Shown piece by piece: positions 26,163 through 37,201 of a DNA stretch of 64,000 nt. Origin of the DNA: a virus; IMG/VR virus record IMGVR_UViG_3300049855_000239, positions 1 to 64,000 of that record. The stretch is one strand, 5' to 3'. Numbering within the stretch: the stretch's first letter is position 1; each line of letters begins with the position of its first letter. Made by a program: the position numbers and the translations under genes. The notes under the pieces were generated by a model. That model did not search any database and had not been told where the DNA came from. It was given only the letters and a program-made list of their open reading frames with translations.

Positions 26163-26864
26163 ATGGAAAATAGAGATTTTAAAGGAGTTTGGATTCCTAA
26201 AGAAATATACCTAAATAAAGATCTTAGTTGGTCAGAAAAGATACTTTTAATCGAAATTGATTCTTTAGATAATGACGAAGAAAAAGGATGTTTTGCATCC
26301 AATAAATACTTGTCTGAATTTATTGGAATAAGCGAGTCAAGTATGGCCAATATGATTTCTAAATTAAAGAGCCAAAATTACCTATTTCAAGTCTTTTTTG
26401 ATGGAAGGAATAGAGGTTTGAGACTTCATAAAAATATGAAGTCAGGGTTCATAAAAGATGTTGAGACTTCACAAGAATATGAAGGCAGGGTTCATAAAAA
26501 TATGAAAGCTGAGTTAACAAAAATAGTAAAGCAGACTACACAAAAAAATGAACATAGTAATATAATTAATAATACAACTAGTAAAACAAGTATTGATGAT
26601 AGGAAAAACGCCTTTGGCTACACACTTAAAGAATTTGAAAGTAAATATCCTGTGCAAATGTTAGAAGCATTTTTTAGGTATTGGGCTGAAAAGAATAAAT
26701 CAGGTACAAAGATGAAATGGGAACTTGAAAAAACATTTGAAGTAGGATTAAGATTAGCAACTTGGGCAAGTAGAGATAAAACATTCAATTCACAACAAGG
26801 CCAAATTTTTACACCAGCACCACCTAAAAAACAAATGACAAATGAGGAAAGACGAAGAGCTTAG
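26163..26864 (+). CDS. phage replication initiator (N-terminal HTH)
   Basis: RDFKGVWIP.EI....LSW.EK.LL.EI.SL...CFASN.YL; immediately upstream of DnaB. Confidence 0.8.
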   Translation: MENRDFKGVWIPKEIYLNKDLSWSEKILLIEIDSLDNDEEKGCFASNKYLSEFIGISESSMANMISKLKSQNYLFQVFFDGRNRGLRLHKNMKSGFIKDVETSQEYEGRVHKNMKAELTKIVKQTTQKNEHSNIINNTTSKTSIDDRKNAFGYTLKEFESKYPVQMLEAFFRYWAEKNKSGTKMKWELEKTFEVGLRLATWASRDKTFNSQQGQIFTPAPPKKQMTNEERRRA

Positions 26865-28308
26865 TTTAGTAAAACTACCTCCCCAAAACTTGGAGGCCGA
26901 AGAAGCTGTATTGGGGGCGATGCTTATAAGCCAAAATGATTTAATGGCACCAATTGGATTACTTTCAGGTGAAATGTTTTACAAGCCCCAGCATAAAATA
27001 ATTTTTGAAGCTATTAAAAATCTTTTTGTTTTACGTTATTCTGTTGATCTACTAACTGTAACAGACCAATTGCGAAAACTGGATAAGCTTGATTTTATTG
27101 GAGGTGCTTTACAGTTGCATGAATTAACACAAAGAGTAAGCTCATCGGCTAATATTGAATTTCATGCAAGAATCATTATCGAGCGATATTTGAAAAGAAA
27201 AATAATCGACATATCGAATGTTTCAATTTCAGAATCATACGACCAAAGTTTTGATGTATTTGAAATACTAGACAAGCTACAAACTGAAATACTTTGTCTT
27301 ACTAATAAAATAGGAACCAACAAACCTAAAACGCTAAAACAAATAGTACCAGAAGTACTTCAAACAATAGAAGAAAACCAAGGCAAAACAGGCTTTACTG
27401 GCATTGATACTGGACTTGAAAGCTTGAATAGCATTACTGGGGGGTTTCAAGAAGGTTTAATAATTGTAGGAGGTCGCCCAGGCATGGGTAAAACGGCCAT
27501 AGCTGTTTTGTTTGCCACACGTCCAGTTTTTCAACACAATAAAGTTGTTTTAGTTTTCAGCCTAGAGATGTCGGATAAAAGTTTGGCTTGTAGGATACTT
27601 TCCAGCCTTTCAGGTGTAAAGTATTCAAACATGACAAAAGGAAGCCTTACGGATCAAGATTTGGGGCTAATTTACGATAATATAGAGCCAGCCTATACCG
27701 ACAACCTGATAATTGACGAAACGCCATCTATTTCGGTCACTCAAATGAGAGCAAAAGCGATGGCAATAAAAATGGAACGTGGGCAATTGGATATGATTGT
27801 AGTAGATTATTTACAACTAGCAAAAGGAGAGGGTAAAGGCAATAGAGAGCAAGAAATAAGTAGTATTTCAAGAGGGTTAAAAATACTATCTAAGGAATTA
27901 AAAATTCCAGTTATTGCATTGGCTCAATTAGGACGTGCGACAGAGACAAGAAGTGGAGATAAACGGCCAATTTTAGCCGACCTACGTGAGTCTGGAGCTA
28001 TCGAGCAAGATGCCGATATGGTAATGTTTGTTTATCGCGAACAATACTATTTAGAGCAACAAAACCAGCCAGTTCCAGACGATGTAATAGATAAGATAGA
28101 AATAATTATTGCAAAGCAAAGAAACGGGGCTTTAGATTCAATTAAAACTAATTGTTACCTAGCAACAAACATAATCCAAGACGAAGAGTATATTCCAGAA
28201 AAAAGATACAATGTACTTGATAAGCAACGAAATACCGAATTATTAGATGGATATTCTTTAAATTATGAATCAGGAGATGTAAATAAAATCAATACACCAC
28301 CATTTTAA
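26842..28308 (+). CDS. dnaB: replicative DNA helicase
   Basis: PPQNLEAEEAVLGA, GRPGMGKT, FSLEM, VDYLQL, LRESGAIEQDAD, AKQRNG. Confidence 0.95.
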   Translation: MRKDEELSLVKLPPQNLEAEEAVLGAMLISQNDLMAPIGLLSGEMFYKPQHKIIFEAIKNLFVLRYSVDLLTVTDQLRKLDKLDFIGGALQLHELTQRVSSSANIEFHARIIIERYLKRKIIDISNVSISESYDQSFDVFEILDKLQTEILCLTNKIGTNKPKTLKQIVPEVLQTIEENQGKTGFTGIDTGLESLNSITGGFQEGLIIVGGRPGMGKTAIAVLFATRPVFQHNKVVLVFSLEMSDKSLACRILSSLSGVKYSNMTKGSLTDQDLGLIYDNIEPAYTDNLIIDETPSISVTQMRAKAMAIKMERGQLDMIVVDYLQLAKGEGKGNREQEISSISRGLKILSKELKIPVIALAQLGRATETRSGDKRPILADLRESGAIEQDADMVMFVYREQYYLEQQNQPVPDDVIDKIEIIIAKQRNGALDSIKTNCYLATNIIQDEEYIPEKRYNVLDKQRNTELLDGYSLNYESGDVNKINTPPF

Positions 28309-28394
28309 TTGAAATATATGAAGAAAAAGAGGCTAATAGTAAAGGCAATTAAAGCATTAAAATCAATTTGGAACGAACATAAAAACGAGGTAAA

Positions 28395-28904
28395 ATGAAA
28401 AGTATAGATCTAGTTGGTTTTATAGAAAAAACAGAAAGTAAATATCGATGGGATGGTAATGAAGTATATTTATCTATATATTTTTGGGACATCAAGGAGT
28501 TTGTCGAATTTTTTTCTGAAAGTCCATTTCTAGCAAACAGAGACACAAAAATAGTCATTAAAGACCATTATTTCATATTTGGGATGGCAGAAATTTGTGA
28601 ATATTTTGATATAGAATTAGAATCAGTTTTCGGCCGTTCAATTGACTACTGTAACGGGCATGATGAACATCCAGAAAAACAATTACCTTTTGATTCGTCA
28701 GATCATGAATTATTATTAGGAGCTAAAATTCGTGAAAAACTAGACAAAAATATATCAGGATTGTGTATTGAGGTTCGAAGCGATGGGATAACAGTTGGAA
28801 AATGGGATATTGACTACGGAAACTTATCTATTAACTGCGAATATTTTAACGAAGTATTAAAAAAATGGATGCCATGCGTAAAACAAAATGGGACGACAAA
28901 ATAG
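28395..28904 (+). CDS. hypothetical protein
   Basis: 169-aa ORF. Confidence 0.6.
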   Translation: MKSIDLVGFIEKTESKYRWDGNEVYLSIYFWDIKEFVEFFSESPFLANRDTKIVIKDHYFIFGMAEICEYFDIELESVFGRSIDYCNGHDEHPEKQLPFDSSDHELLLGAKIREKLDKNISGLCIEVRSDGITVGKWDIDYGNLSINCEYFNEVLKKWMPCVKQNGTTK

Positions 28905-28914
28905 GGGAATAGAA

Positions 28915-29217
28915 ATGAAAAATGCGATATTGCGACTTAAATTGGCGGACGTTTTTGTATCGGCAGAAAGAAAAAACACCTCTGGACTGGAGGAGTTTCA
29001 ATCAAAATTAAGAGAATTGATTGGTAAGGCTGAGGCTTTTATTAAAAAAAAGAAACTAGAAACGAAGAGGTTAGACGATGTTTATTGCGAAAAGTTAGAA
29101 ATCGCAAACAGAGATACATACATGAAACAGTTCATTTTTGAGTTTGAGGGAGAATATTATTTCGTGAAATGGGGGCAGTTAAAATGGTCGGAACCAATTA
29201 AAATAAAAACAATTTAA
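28915..29217 (+). CDS. hypothetical protein
   Basis: ORF in operon. Confidence 0.55.
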   Translation: MKNAILRLKLADVFVSAERKNTSGLEEFQSKLRELIGKAEAFIKKKKLETKRLDDVYCEKLEIANRDTYMKQFIFEFEGEYYFVKWGQLKWSEPIKIKTI

Positions 29218-29221
29218 AATC

Positions 29222-29857
29222 ATGATACTAGGAGATAAAGCAATCAGAGAGTATTTGGGACAAGGTTCGGGCGTGATCGGCTACAAGGAAGAATACATTA
29301 ACCCTAACAGCGTAGACTTAACGCTGGCCAACGAAATTACAATGTACAAGAACGAAATACTGGATTGTCGAAAACCTAACGAAACGACAAAATTTAGTAT
29401 TGAAGGCGAGGATTATTTTCTTTTGCTTCCTAATCATTTGTATCTTGTAGCAACAAATGAAACACTTGATTTAAAGCCTTTTGAGTTTGAAAAAACAATT
29501 TGCTCAACTGGTTTTAAAATGAAAGCGCAAAAAACAATATGCGCACGGGTTGAGGGTAAAAGTTCACTTGCAAGGCTAGGGATGTGGTGCCATATTACCG
29601 CTGGATGGGTTGATTCGGGCTTTAAAGGTTCACTTGTGTTAGAGTTGGCAGTTGTAAAACCCTTGCGTATTTATCCTAATCAAAAGATTTGCCAGATTGC
29701 ATTCATGGAAAGTACCGAGGTAGAAACTAACTACGGGGAAAAAGTGGGAAGCAAATACCAAAATCAAGTAGGAGCGCAAGAATCAAAGATGCATGAAAAC
29801 TTTAAACCAAATTTAGAAAATTCATTAAATGAAGGTTTGAGTATAATGAAACACTAA
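29222..29857 (+). CDS. dcd: dCTP deaminase
   Basis: INPNSVDLTL, EGKSSLARLG, TAGWVDSGFKG.LVLE, ICQI.F, KYQNQ. Confidence 0.9.
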   Translation: MILGDKAIREYLGQGSGVIGYKEEYINPNSVDLTLANEITMYKNEILDCRKPNETTKFSIEGEDYFLLLPNHLYLVATNETLDLKPFEFEKTICSTGFKMKAQKTICARVEGKSSLARLGMWCHITAGWVDSGFKGSLVLELAVVKPLRIYPNQKICQIAFMESTEVETNYGEKVGSKYQNQVGAQESKMHENFKPNLENSLNEGLSIMKH

Positions 29858-29908
29858 AAAAATACCCCTCTGTTGATGTTGATGTTGATCGGTAGACTTA
29901 AAAAGCAT

Positions 29909-30205
29909 ATGGATGTAAGTGAAAAATATAAATCTTTATTTGATTTTCTATCAAATGAGTATGGCATAATAGCAACTATAACGGAAATGGACGAAATAAT
30001 TCATGAATCTTTACGTGTTGCTAATAGTTTTGATCAATTTATTGAGTATTGCGAAGAAAAACCAAAAGAGTCAGGGCTTTATTTTGTGAAAGGCAAAAAA
30101 GATTACAAAGCTGTTGCTGAGTATAATCTAGATACTGATGAATGGGATTTGAAAGACCTCCCAATAAACTATTTCTCAAACGAAAATATTAGGTATTTAA
30201 AATAA
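29909..30205 (+). CDS. hypothetical protein
   Basis: ORF in operon. Confidence 0.55.
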   Translation: MDVSEKYKSLFDFLSNEYGIIATITEMDEIIHESLRVANSFDQFIEYCEEKPKESGLYFVKGKKDYKAVAEYNLDTDEWDLKDLPINYFSNENIRYLK

Positions 30206-30206
30206 G

Positions 30207-30491
30207 ATGGATAATTTAAGAAATTTACTCGAAATGTTGTCAGAAACAAAAATAGTTGAAGACACTATAAAAAGGACGGAAGTTTATGAGGCTATAAACA
30301 GCGACATTACACTTTTAGAGCTTAGAATAGCGGATCTGGACAGAACACGAAAAAATCAAGATTTCGAAGAGTCAGAACCAGCAAAGGTTATTCGTGCGGA
30401 ATGCTTAGCTAAAATTGAAGCCTTATTGGCATTGTTCCAGTCAATAGTATGGGTCGTAGGTTCAAGCCCTGCCGTGACACCTTTAAAATAG
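30207..30491 (+). CDS. hypothetical protein
   Basis: last + strand ORF before convergent cluster. Confidence 0.5.
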   Translation: MDNLRNLLEMLSETKIVEDTIKRTEVYEAINSDITLLELRIADLDRTRKNQDFEESEPAKVIRAECLAKIEALLALFQSIVWVVGSSPAVTPLK

Positions 30492-30697
30492 TTTTGCTAT
30501 CCTCTGATGATTGGAATTCTTGATGCATATTGACTATCCAAGTCTTTTAGTTTTTCACTAAAGAAAGTATCTTGCGAAACTGCTTTCAAGTACTAACCCA
30601 AATGGGGATAGTTTTGCATTTAATTGTTCAAAATCAGATATTTCACCACTGATTATTTTATCAGATAGGCATTTTAGTATTAAGGCTTCCATATTTT

Positions 30698-30910
30698 TCA
30701 TCTTGCCAAGTTGTTTCCTGTTTCTTCAAAGTACACCGAAAGCAAAGCGTTGGTCATTATCAGGTTGCATTTCTTGCGCCCAAAATGTTCAATTATTTCT
30801 ATTGGAGTTTTGACGCTGAAATCTTCCGATACAGCCTTGAATTTAGTTTTGCGTCCTGCATTTGGGTTTTTAGAGCCTTTTGGCCTTCCTACTGGTTTCT
30901 TGTTTTCCAT
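30698..30910 (-). CDS. small AT-hook-like DNA-binding protein
   Basis: KKPVGRPKGSKN..AGRK. Confidence 0.55.
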   Translation of the reverse strand: MENKKPVGRPKGSKNPNAGRKTKFKAVSEDFSVKTPIEIIEHFGRKKCNLIMTNALLSVYFEETGNNLAR

Positions 30911-30913
30911 AAA

Positions 30914-31405
30914 TTAGTTTTGCTTATTACATTTAACTTTTAGGCCATGCAAAGGACATGTTTTTATGCCATCTACACATTCTGTTTGTGACAAATCATG
31001 CCCACGGTGCGGACATTTGCCGTTTTTCTCATAATCACGTTTTAGTTTTGATTTACTAATCATGTTCACTGGTGTATGTCTAGTTTCGTTCGACCTTACA
31101 ACCCTAATATTAAACCACTGTAGCGAATTAGTTTCATCTAATACCTGTCTATAGAAGTCACAATCGTAAAATACTTTTGCTCCCTCAATCTTGCACTTAT
31201 AGACAGGTACACCGTTTTTAATCTTTACGATTATGAACCTGTTATCAGCGTGATAATGGATATAGTTTTGCCCATTTTCTTTATCACTGTGAGGCGTATT
31301 GATGACTGGCGTTATTCTTGTGCCATCTTTTGAAACAACACAAGGGACACGAACAATTTCACCTTTTACCAAAGGTCTATAAATGTTATCTATCCTTGAA
31401 ATCAT
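30914..31405 (-). CDS. protein with C-terminal Rieske-type [2Fe-2S] motif
   Basis: CPHRGHDL...CPLHG ligand spacing (C-x-H ... C-xx-H). Confidence 0.6.
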   Translation of the reverse strand: MISRIDNIYRPLVKGEIVRVPCVVSKDGTRITPVINTPHSDKENGQNYIHYHADNRFIIVKIKNGVPVYKCKIEGAKVFYDCDFYRQVLDETNSLQWFNIRVVRSNETRHTPVNMISKSKLKRDYEKNGKCPHRGHDLSQTECVDGIKTCPLHGLKVKCNKQN

Positions 31406-31723
31406 TTTGTGAAATAGTTTTGCTTAAATAAGACTAGAAATTGGCTTTTATAGCCATGCTACCTGTTTGTGTTGCCCGTTTGTTTTGGAGTCTGAAATAT
31501 ACTCAAAATAGTCTCCTAACGTCTCAAACTCTAGTCCTTTTATTGTTGCTTTCGTTACCATGGTTTTTTGATTAAATAGTTTTGTTCAATTCGTTTGCTT
31601 TCTTAGTACAAAATAGTTTTCCTTTGCCTTCAAAGTAGTATATCCTAGTTGTTAGGCATAAAACAGCCCATTTATTACGGTTTAATACAGCTTGAAATTT
31701 CATGTTCTTAGTAGTTTAAAAGA

Positions 31724-33632
31724 TTAGTTTTCTATTGTCAAATATTTTCTATAAACATTACCCTTCTTTGAGGTGCAAAAAACAAATAGTTTTCCCTTTG
31801 CAGTCTCGTAAATAGGTAGTTTTTCACCTGATTTAATTACGAACACCTTACCAGTATCTTTGTACGTGCCTAATTTTGCATTTGAGACACTTTGAACGTA
31901 TTCGCCAGTATTAGACTCCTTAATTATAGTTTGTGCCTTGCAAGTTGAATTTAAGGCACAAAACAAGCTGATTGAAAAGATTAGTTTTTGCATGGTTGAA
32001 ATGGTTATATAGTTTTGATCCATTTATTATTTTGTTTGCTTGATATTTCAGTGGCTACATAGCCACAATTAAAACGAACCGATACAGAAGAATAACCGTT
32101 TCGAGTAGCGTAGTTTTTTGCGCCTTTTTCTGTTTTTGATGTGTCAACGTGTACACCGTTTGAAAGTACACCATAAACATTTTGAGAATTTGCCATAATA
32201 GTTTTTTTAAGAGTTTTTTATGAAAAAATCCGATTCTTTACCGTTTAGCGTGGTATTATCTTGCCACGTTAAACCAATACAATTACCTGAATGATGTTTT
32301 ATTAAATAGTTTTCTTTTGAGTCTTTAATTACTTGGTAGCCGATGTTTGACCAACAAACAGTTTGACCGTTTGCAATAGCTTGTTTAATTTCTGATAGGT
32401 TCATAATAAAATATATTTAACAAGTTCCTAATATTTGTTCTAATGGTAAATCTTGCAAAGCCATAATATTTAGTTTTGTGATTGAAGAAACAAAGCAATA
32501 AAATAAAGGGTTGTAAGTAGGAAGCCGATAATTAAACAGCTTCCTAATAAGTCGATAATAGCACGTTTAAGCATTATATTAGTTTTGACAATTCGATATG
32601 AAGCCCGAAATTATGGAGCGGTACAAATTTGTGCGACACATTCAAACGTAGCATTATTTTTACGCTCAAAAGGTTCATATACTCAAAGTTTGAGTCCGCA
32701 CCGTAAAGCCTTTTATATTCCTTAGCTGCTGTTTTCTCCAAGTATTCAAAATACTTTTCTTGTGGCTCAAATGACATTCTATAAACCTCATTTGCCAGTC
32801 TTTTTATATCTCGGTTTAATTCTTGCTTTGTCATAATCATTTAATTTATAATGTGTAGAAATTTTTTTGTTTGTAACTTTTTAAAATCCGTTCCGTTCTT
32901 GTTAAATTCTGAAGTAAACCATCCCCCTCTTTCTCCCCAATAAAAAAGAGTGTTATTTTCTATCTTATAGAATTTTTCTATAAATGTATTTTTGGGGTTC
33001 ATTGCTGCAAATTGAGCCTGCGCAGGGACAAAACCACTTATATTTTGCCTTTCTTGAGTTCTAATTATGATTAATTCCGAATCTTTCATATATTAAACAG
33101 TTTTAGTAATACCTTCAAATTTAAAAGAGTTTTTAGCGGCTAGTAAGCCACGCAAATAAGCGCACATTTCGCCCTTTGATTTACGTGAATGACTATCGAA
33201 AGCGGATTGGCTAGTTGTCGTATGTACAATCATAAGCACATAACCTCCATAACAAGAATTATGATCCATTTTAATAAAATCGTTAGAATAGAACTCTTTT
33301 TGTTCCGGATTCTCGCGCCTAGTTTTTGCGCTTGTTTTTAAGTTGTAAGCCTCACAAAACTCTTCAAATAATGCTTTAATTTCCTTGTTCATAATAATAA
33401 ATGATTAAATAGTGAATGATTAGATTAAATTTGAGTTCATTTTGAAATCGATACATGAATTATCAGTAATTGTAATAATTCCATTATTGCGGTATCTATA
33501 ATTAGAGTCCTTTTTTACGTGTCTTCTAATTTCGGCTATCGAGTTACCACTAACGAAACCTAAACAAGTAAAACCGCCTGTTTTATCGTTGATTTTTACG
33601 ACTGAACAATGATATTTATAAGTTACTTCCAT
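31724..33632 (-). CDS. cluster of small hypothetical early-type genes (31724-32023, 32005-32196, 32207-32404, 32574-32840, 32841-33089, 33093-33392, 33420-33632)
   Basis: tightly packed co-oriented short ORFs downstream of a TACCTTTG box at ~33811-33818 (minus strand). Confidence 0.6.
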
Positions 33633-33922
33633 TATTATACAATTTAAAACGTGATATACTTGCTAACTAAATCGGCCAAAACTTCAACCGATGTATTAAG
33701 GATTGACGCTATACGGTCAGGGCTTAACCCTTGTGCGTATAATTTTATTGCCTCTATTCTGATTAATGTTGTTTCCATTTTCTTTGTGGTTAATTGCGTT
33801 TCTGATATGACAAAGGTATATAATTAATTTAACCCTGCAAAATTAATTAAGAATAGAGGCAATTATTTTGAAAGTATTTTACAACTCGTTAAGGATCAGG
33901 TATCTTTGAAATAAAAAAAAAT

Positions 33923-34399
33923 ATGCCGATTAAACAACAAAATCGAAAATTCTACAAAAAACCGCTAATTGAAGGGCTTGAATCAATAGACCTAAACACT
34001 TTACTATATATACTAGCTTATTCAAATAGAATACTATTCTTAGCAGCCAAACAAATAGCACTAGACCAAAACGAACGTTTGGTATTAAATACGCTACATA
34101 CTCGTTACTTATTACTTATTTACATTCAATCACAATTCACAAAGTATATAGCACACGCAGCAATAGAGCAAAACGACTATACAAGCAGAAAGAAACAACA
34201 CAATAGACTAATAATAACAAACGAACTAAACCGGCTAGGATTAATAAAACACGCAAAAAACAGCCATTCACAAAAACTACCTAGTTACCAACTTACCGAC
34301 CTAGGACACGAAGCAATTAACACCATTTTTAAAATAGCAAACGAAACATTTTTAAGCTATCCAAAACAAACAAGTAAAGCGTTGTTTCCAGAAAAATAG
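33923..34399 (+). CDS. winged-helix (MarR-like) protein
   Basis: ELNRLGLIK...SYQLTDLG.EAI; TATCTTTG box at 33901. Confidence 0.5.
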   Translation: MPIKQQNRKFYKKPLIEGLESIDLNTLLYILAYSNRILFLAAKQIALDQNERLVLNTLHTRYLLLIYIQSQFTKYIAHAAIEQNDYTSRKKQHNRLIITNELNRLGLIKHAKNSHSQKLPSYQLTDLGHEAINTIFKIANETFLSYPKQTSKALFPEK

Positions 34400-34579
34400 G
34401 TCTAATATTCTTTATAGTTTAGAATTCCCATTTAATACGCTTGTTTGAAGGTGTTACAGTCTACCACAATCACAACTAAATCCTATTTTTAATCGAAAAA
34501 ACACGGGAAAACACGACCTTATACATAGAATAATACAATTACGACTTGTTTAATTAATCAATGTTAAGTATATTTGAAT

Positions 34580-34981
34580 ATGGAAAAGAACTATTATAAT
34601 TATCATATTACTAGTAATGGAGTAATATATAGCTTTGAAAGGAATAGGTATATGAAACCTTCAAAGCAAGTAGTAAACGGTAAAGAAACAGGATATTTGT
34701 GTCAAACATTGCTTGTGAATGGTAAGTCAAAGCGGTTTTATATTCATAGGCTTGTAGCTATTATCTATATTCCTAATCCTTCAAATAAACCTTGGGTGAA
34801 CCATATAGACGGGAATAGGAGTAATAATAATATAAATAATTTAGAATGGTCAACGATAAGCGAAAATATTAAACATTCTTATACTAATCTAGGACGTACA
34901 TATAAAGGACGTTTAGTAGGGTTTAGACATAGCGAAGAAACTAAATATAAAATGTCAATCGCCAAATTAAGTAAAAAATAA
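34580..34981 (+). CDS. HNH homing endonuclease with NUMOD3-type tail
   Basis: IHRLVA..YIPNP.NKP.VNHIDGNRSNN..NNLEW.T..EN; HSEETK.KMS. Confidence 0.9.
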   Translation: MEKNYYNYHITSNGVIYSFERNRYMKPSKQVVNGKETGYLCQTLLVNGKSKRFYIHRLVAIIYIPNPSNKPWVNHIDGNRSNNNINNLEWSTISENIKHSYTNLGRTYKGRLVGFRHSEETKYKMSIAKLSKK

Positions 34982-35303
34982 ATGTCCTAAAATTGGCTAT
35001 TTATTGCACTTTTCAACGCTAGATTAAATATGTTTCAATTAAGTAATATTGTTAATGCAAAATATAATTCTGTTTGTTCGCTTAATAGTATTGTAGCTTT
35101 GTAATATAGTTTTAATAGCAATAATAAAGCTTTGATACATAATATGTTACATTATGCTTGATAAAAACGTGGAGTAAATTAGCCCCCCCCGTTCATTTAT
35201 TTGCGTTTCAATGTCGGAGCGTACTAGGGGGTATATTTGACGTATCGTTTGTCACACACACAGATAAGTAAGTTTCATATAATTACCTTTGCAAGAAAAG
35301 CTT

Positions 35304-35575
35304 ATGGTAAGGGTTTTTGGGAATTATTGGATTGGTACGCATGATGATTGTGCTGGGAGTGGGATAGCTATTGTTCATGCTTGGTTCACTGTAACAAGGG
35401 AGAAAGTAGGAGTCCATCGGTGCTGATGTGTTGGCTGGCTATTGAGGGGGTTATATCGAGTGGTTCATTTGAGGAAGCGTATGATTCGTTCGTGGATATG
35501 TATGAGGAGTATAGTCCGAACTTGGGGATTAGGTTATTTTTACATGCTAAGTGGGGAGAATTAATGTTGTTGTAA
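35304..35575 (+). pseudogene. dual-specificity phosphatase-like gene, apparently internally deleted/frameshifted
   Basis: MVRVFGNYWIGTHDDC..IAIVHA in one frame joined out of frame to LVHCNKGESRS (CX5R); TACCTTTG box at 35284. Confidence 0.55.
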
Positions 35576-35728
35576 CCTGTTATAAAGAGTGAAAAGAATA
35601 TAAGAAGAGAGAATAGTCTTTTGCCTGATAATCAGATAGATAGCTTCCCTCTTTAGGGAAGAAAAGTGGCATATTTTGTCCTCTTTAGGGAAAAATTGGG
35701 TACATTTGTTGTAAATGTTGAGTTATTT

Positions 35729-36247
35729 ATGGCGAAGAGAGGGTATAGTGTGACTGTGGGGTTGAATCATGACGAGGTCGCTGCGAGGGTTAATTCTGAC
35801 AGTGGTGAGGTTATTATTATTGGGAAAGGTAGAGTTCCAGAGGGGAAGGAAATGGTTTCTATTGGTAAGTTTTCTAGGTGTCATACTGAGGCGTGGATTT
35901 ATTTAGAGAGACACCTTAGTACGTTGGAGTTTGCCGTTGCAAATAGGATGGCGTTGATGGCTGGGGCTTATACGAATAGTTTAAGGCCGTTGAATGACGA
36001 GAGTACGATATTCGAGTTGATGAATAAGTTAGGGATAGGGAAGAATAAGGTAATATCTGTTACTAAAAAGTTGTTTGACTTGGGGGTATTTGCCAAGTTT
36101 GACGTAAAGGAGGTTGATGTTGAATATAAGAAGTATTGGATATTTAACCCATACTTGTCGTTTAATGGGAGGTTTATTGATATGTCAATGAAGAATTTGT
36201 TTAAGAATACATTGCCAGCAAAAGTAATGAGGGGTGAGATTAGTTAG
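35729..36247 (+). CDS. RepL-like winged-helix protein
   Basis: central HTH and C-terminal YWIFNPYLSFNG motif. Confidence 0.5.
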   Translation: MAKRGYSVTVGLNHDEVAARVNSDSGEVIIIGKGRVPEGKEMVSIGKFSRCHTEAWIYLERHLSTLEFAVANRMALMAGAYTNSLRPLNDESTIFELMNKLGIGKNKVISVTKKLFDLGVFAKFDVKEVDVEYKKYWIFNPYLSFNGRFIDMSMKNLFKNTLPAKVMRGEIS

Positions 36248-37169
36248 TCACCCCTTTAAATCTTCTTGTGAATGATTTTTCTCTGATATACCATAGGGTG
36301 GGTTTCTGTGTTGATTTTATATGTGCTATAACCCCGTCCCACCATTTTTGATGAAAGGCATATATTGTTTGATAATCGTAGTCGGAACATAATACGTGAA
36401 TGTAGAATGAATTTTCCACAGCCCATAGGTTTGGGAATATGCGATCATACTCCGCTATCATTAGCCTTTTTTGTTCTCTATTTATTGGCCTGACTAGAGG
36501 CTGGAATATATCCAGTAGAATAGGGTAATTAGGGCTTGTTAGGTCTTTCATTATTACATTTGGTACAAGTGAGTATATTGTTTTTCCATTTAAAGTATGT
36601 AAGCTTTTTTACACATTTACAATACTGTACAATGGTTATGTGTGACTTGTCATTCATTGAATGGCGGTGGTGTTTGTTTGCATTTTACACATCTTGCTTC
36701 GTATGGAGCATCTGCATTACCGTGACTTCCGTTAACGCATACAGCTTCATAAATACAATTCCCTTCTTTTGTGCATTTAGTTACAAATGGATAGCATAAA
36801 CGTAAGGAGAAATTATTCGTTAGGCTATCTGTTTTGTCCAAAAGTTCTTTGATCCTTTTTGCGATGTTCAATTGGGTGTCATATGGGCTATCGGCCACAT
36901 AAACCTCGTTCAGTACTTCTAGTTCTTGTTCTGGAGTCATTTGATTTTCTTTTTTGTTAACGGAAAATTTCTTCCATTGAAATATCGTTTGTCTTCCCAG
37001 TATTCATTCCCTCTTTTACTATTGTGTCAACAATATAACTAGCATAAAGATGTTCAGCGAATAATACTGTTATGTCATATGGATTTCTAGTTGTCATTTG
37101 CGCATATTCTTTATGCGCGTATTCAGAAGCTTCTATTAATCTTTTTTCTAAAAAAACTACAACTCTCAT
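36240..37169 (-). CDS. three hypothetical proteins (36240-36551, 36650-36940, 36957-37169)
   Basis: co-oriented ORFs. Confidence 0.5.
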
Positions 37170-37201
37170 GGTTTTATGCTTTACTGTAAATTATTTGATC
37201 G

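Noticed and set aside
26428-26510. Repeated TTCATAAAAATATGAA in the initiator gene as an independent element
   Set aside because: Compatible with ordinary origin iterons inside phage initiator genes; only 2-3 copies, so not novel and not firmly supported.
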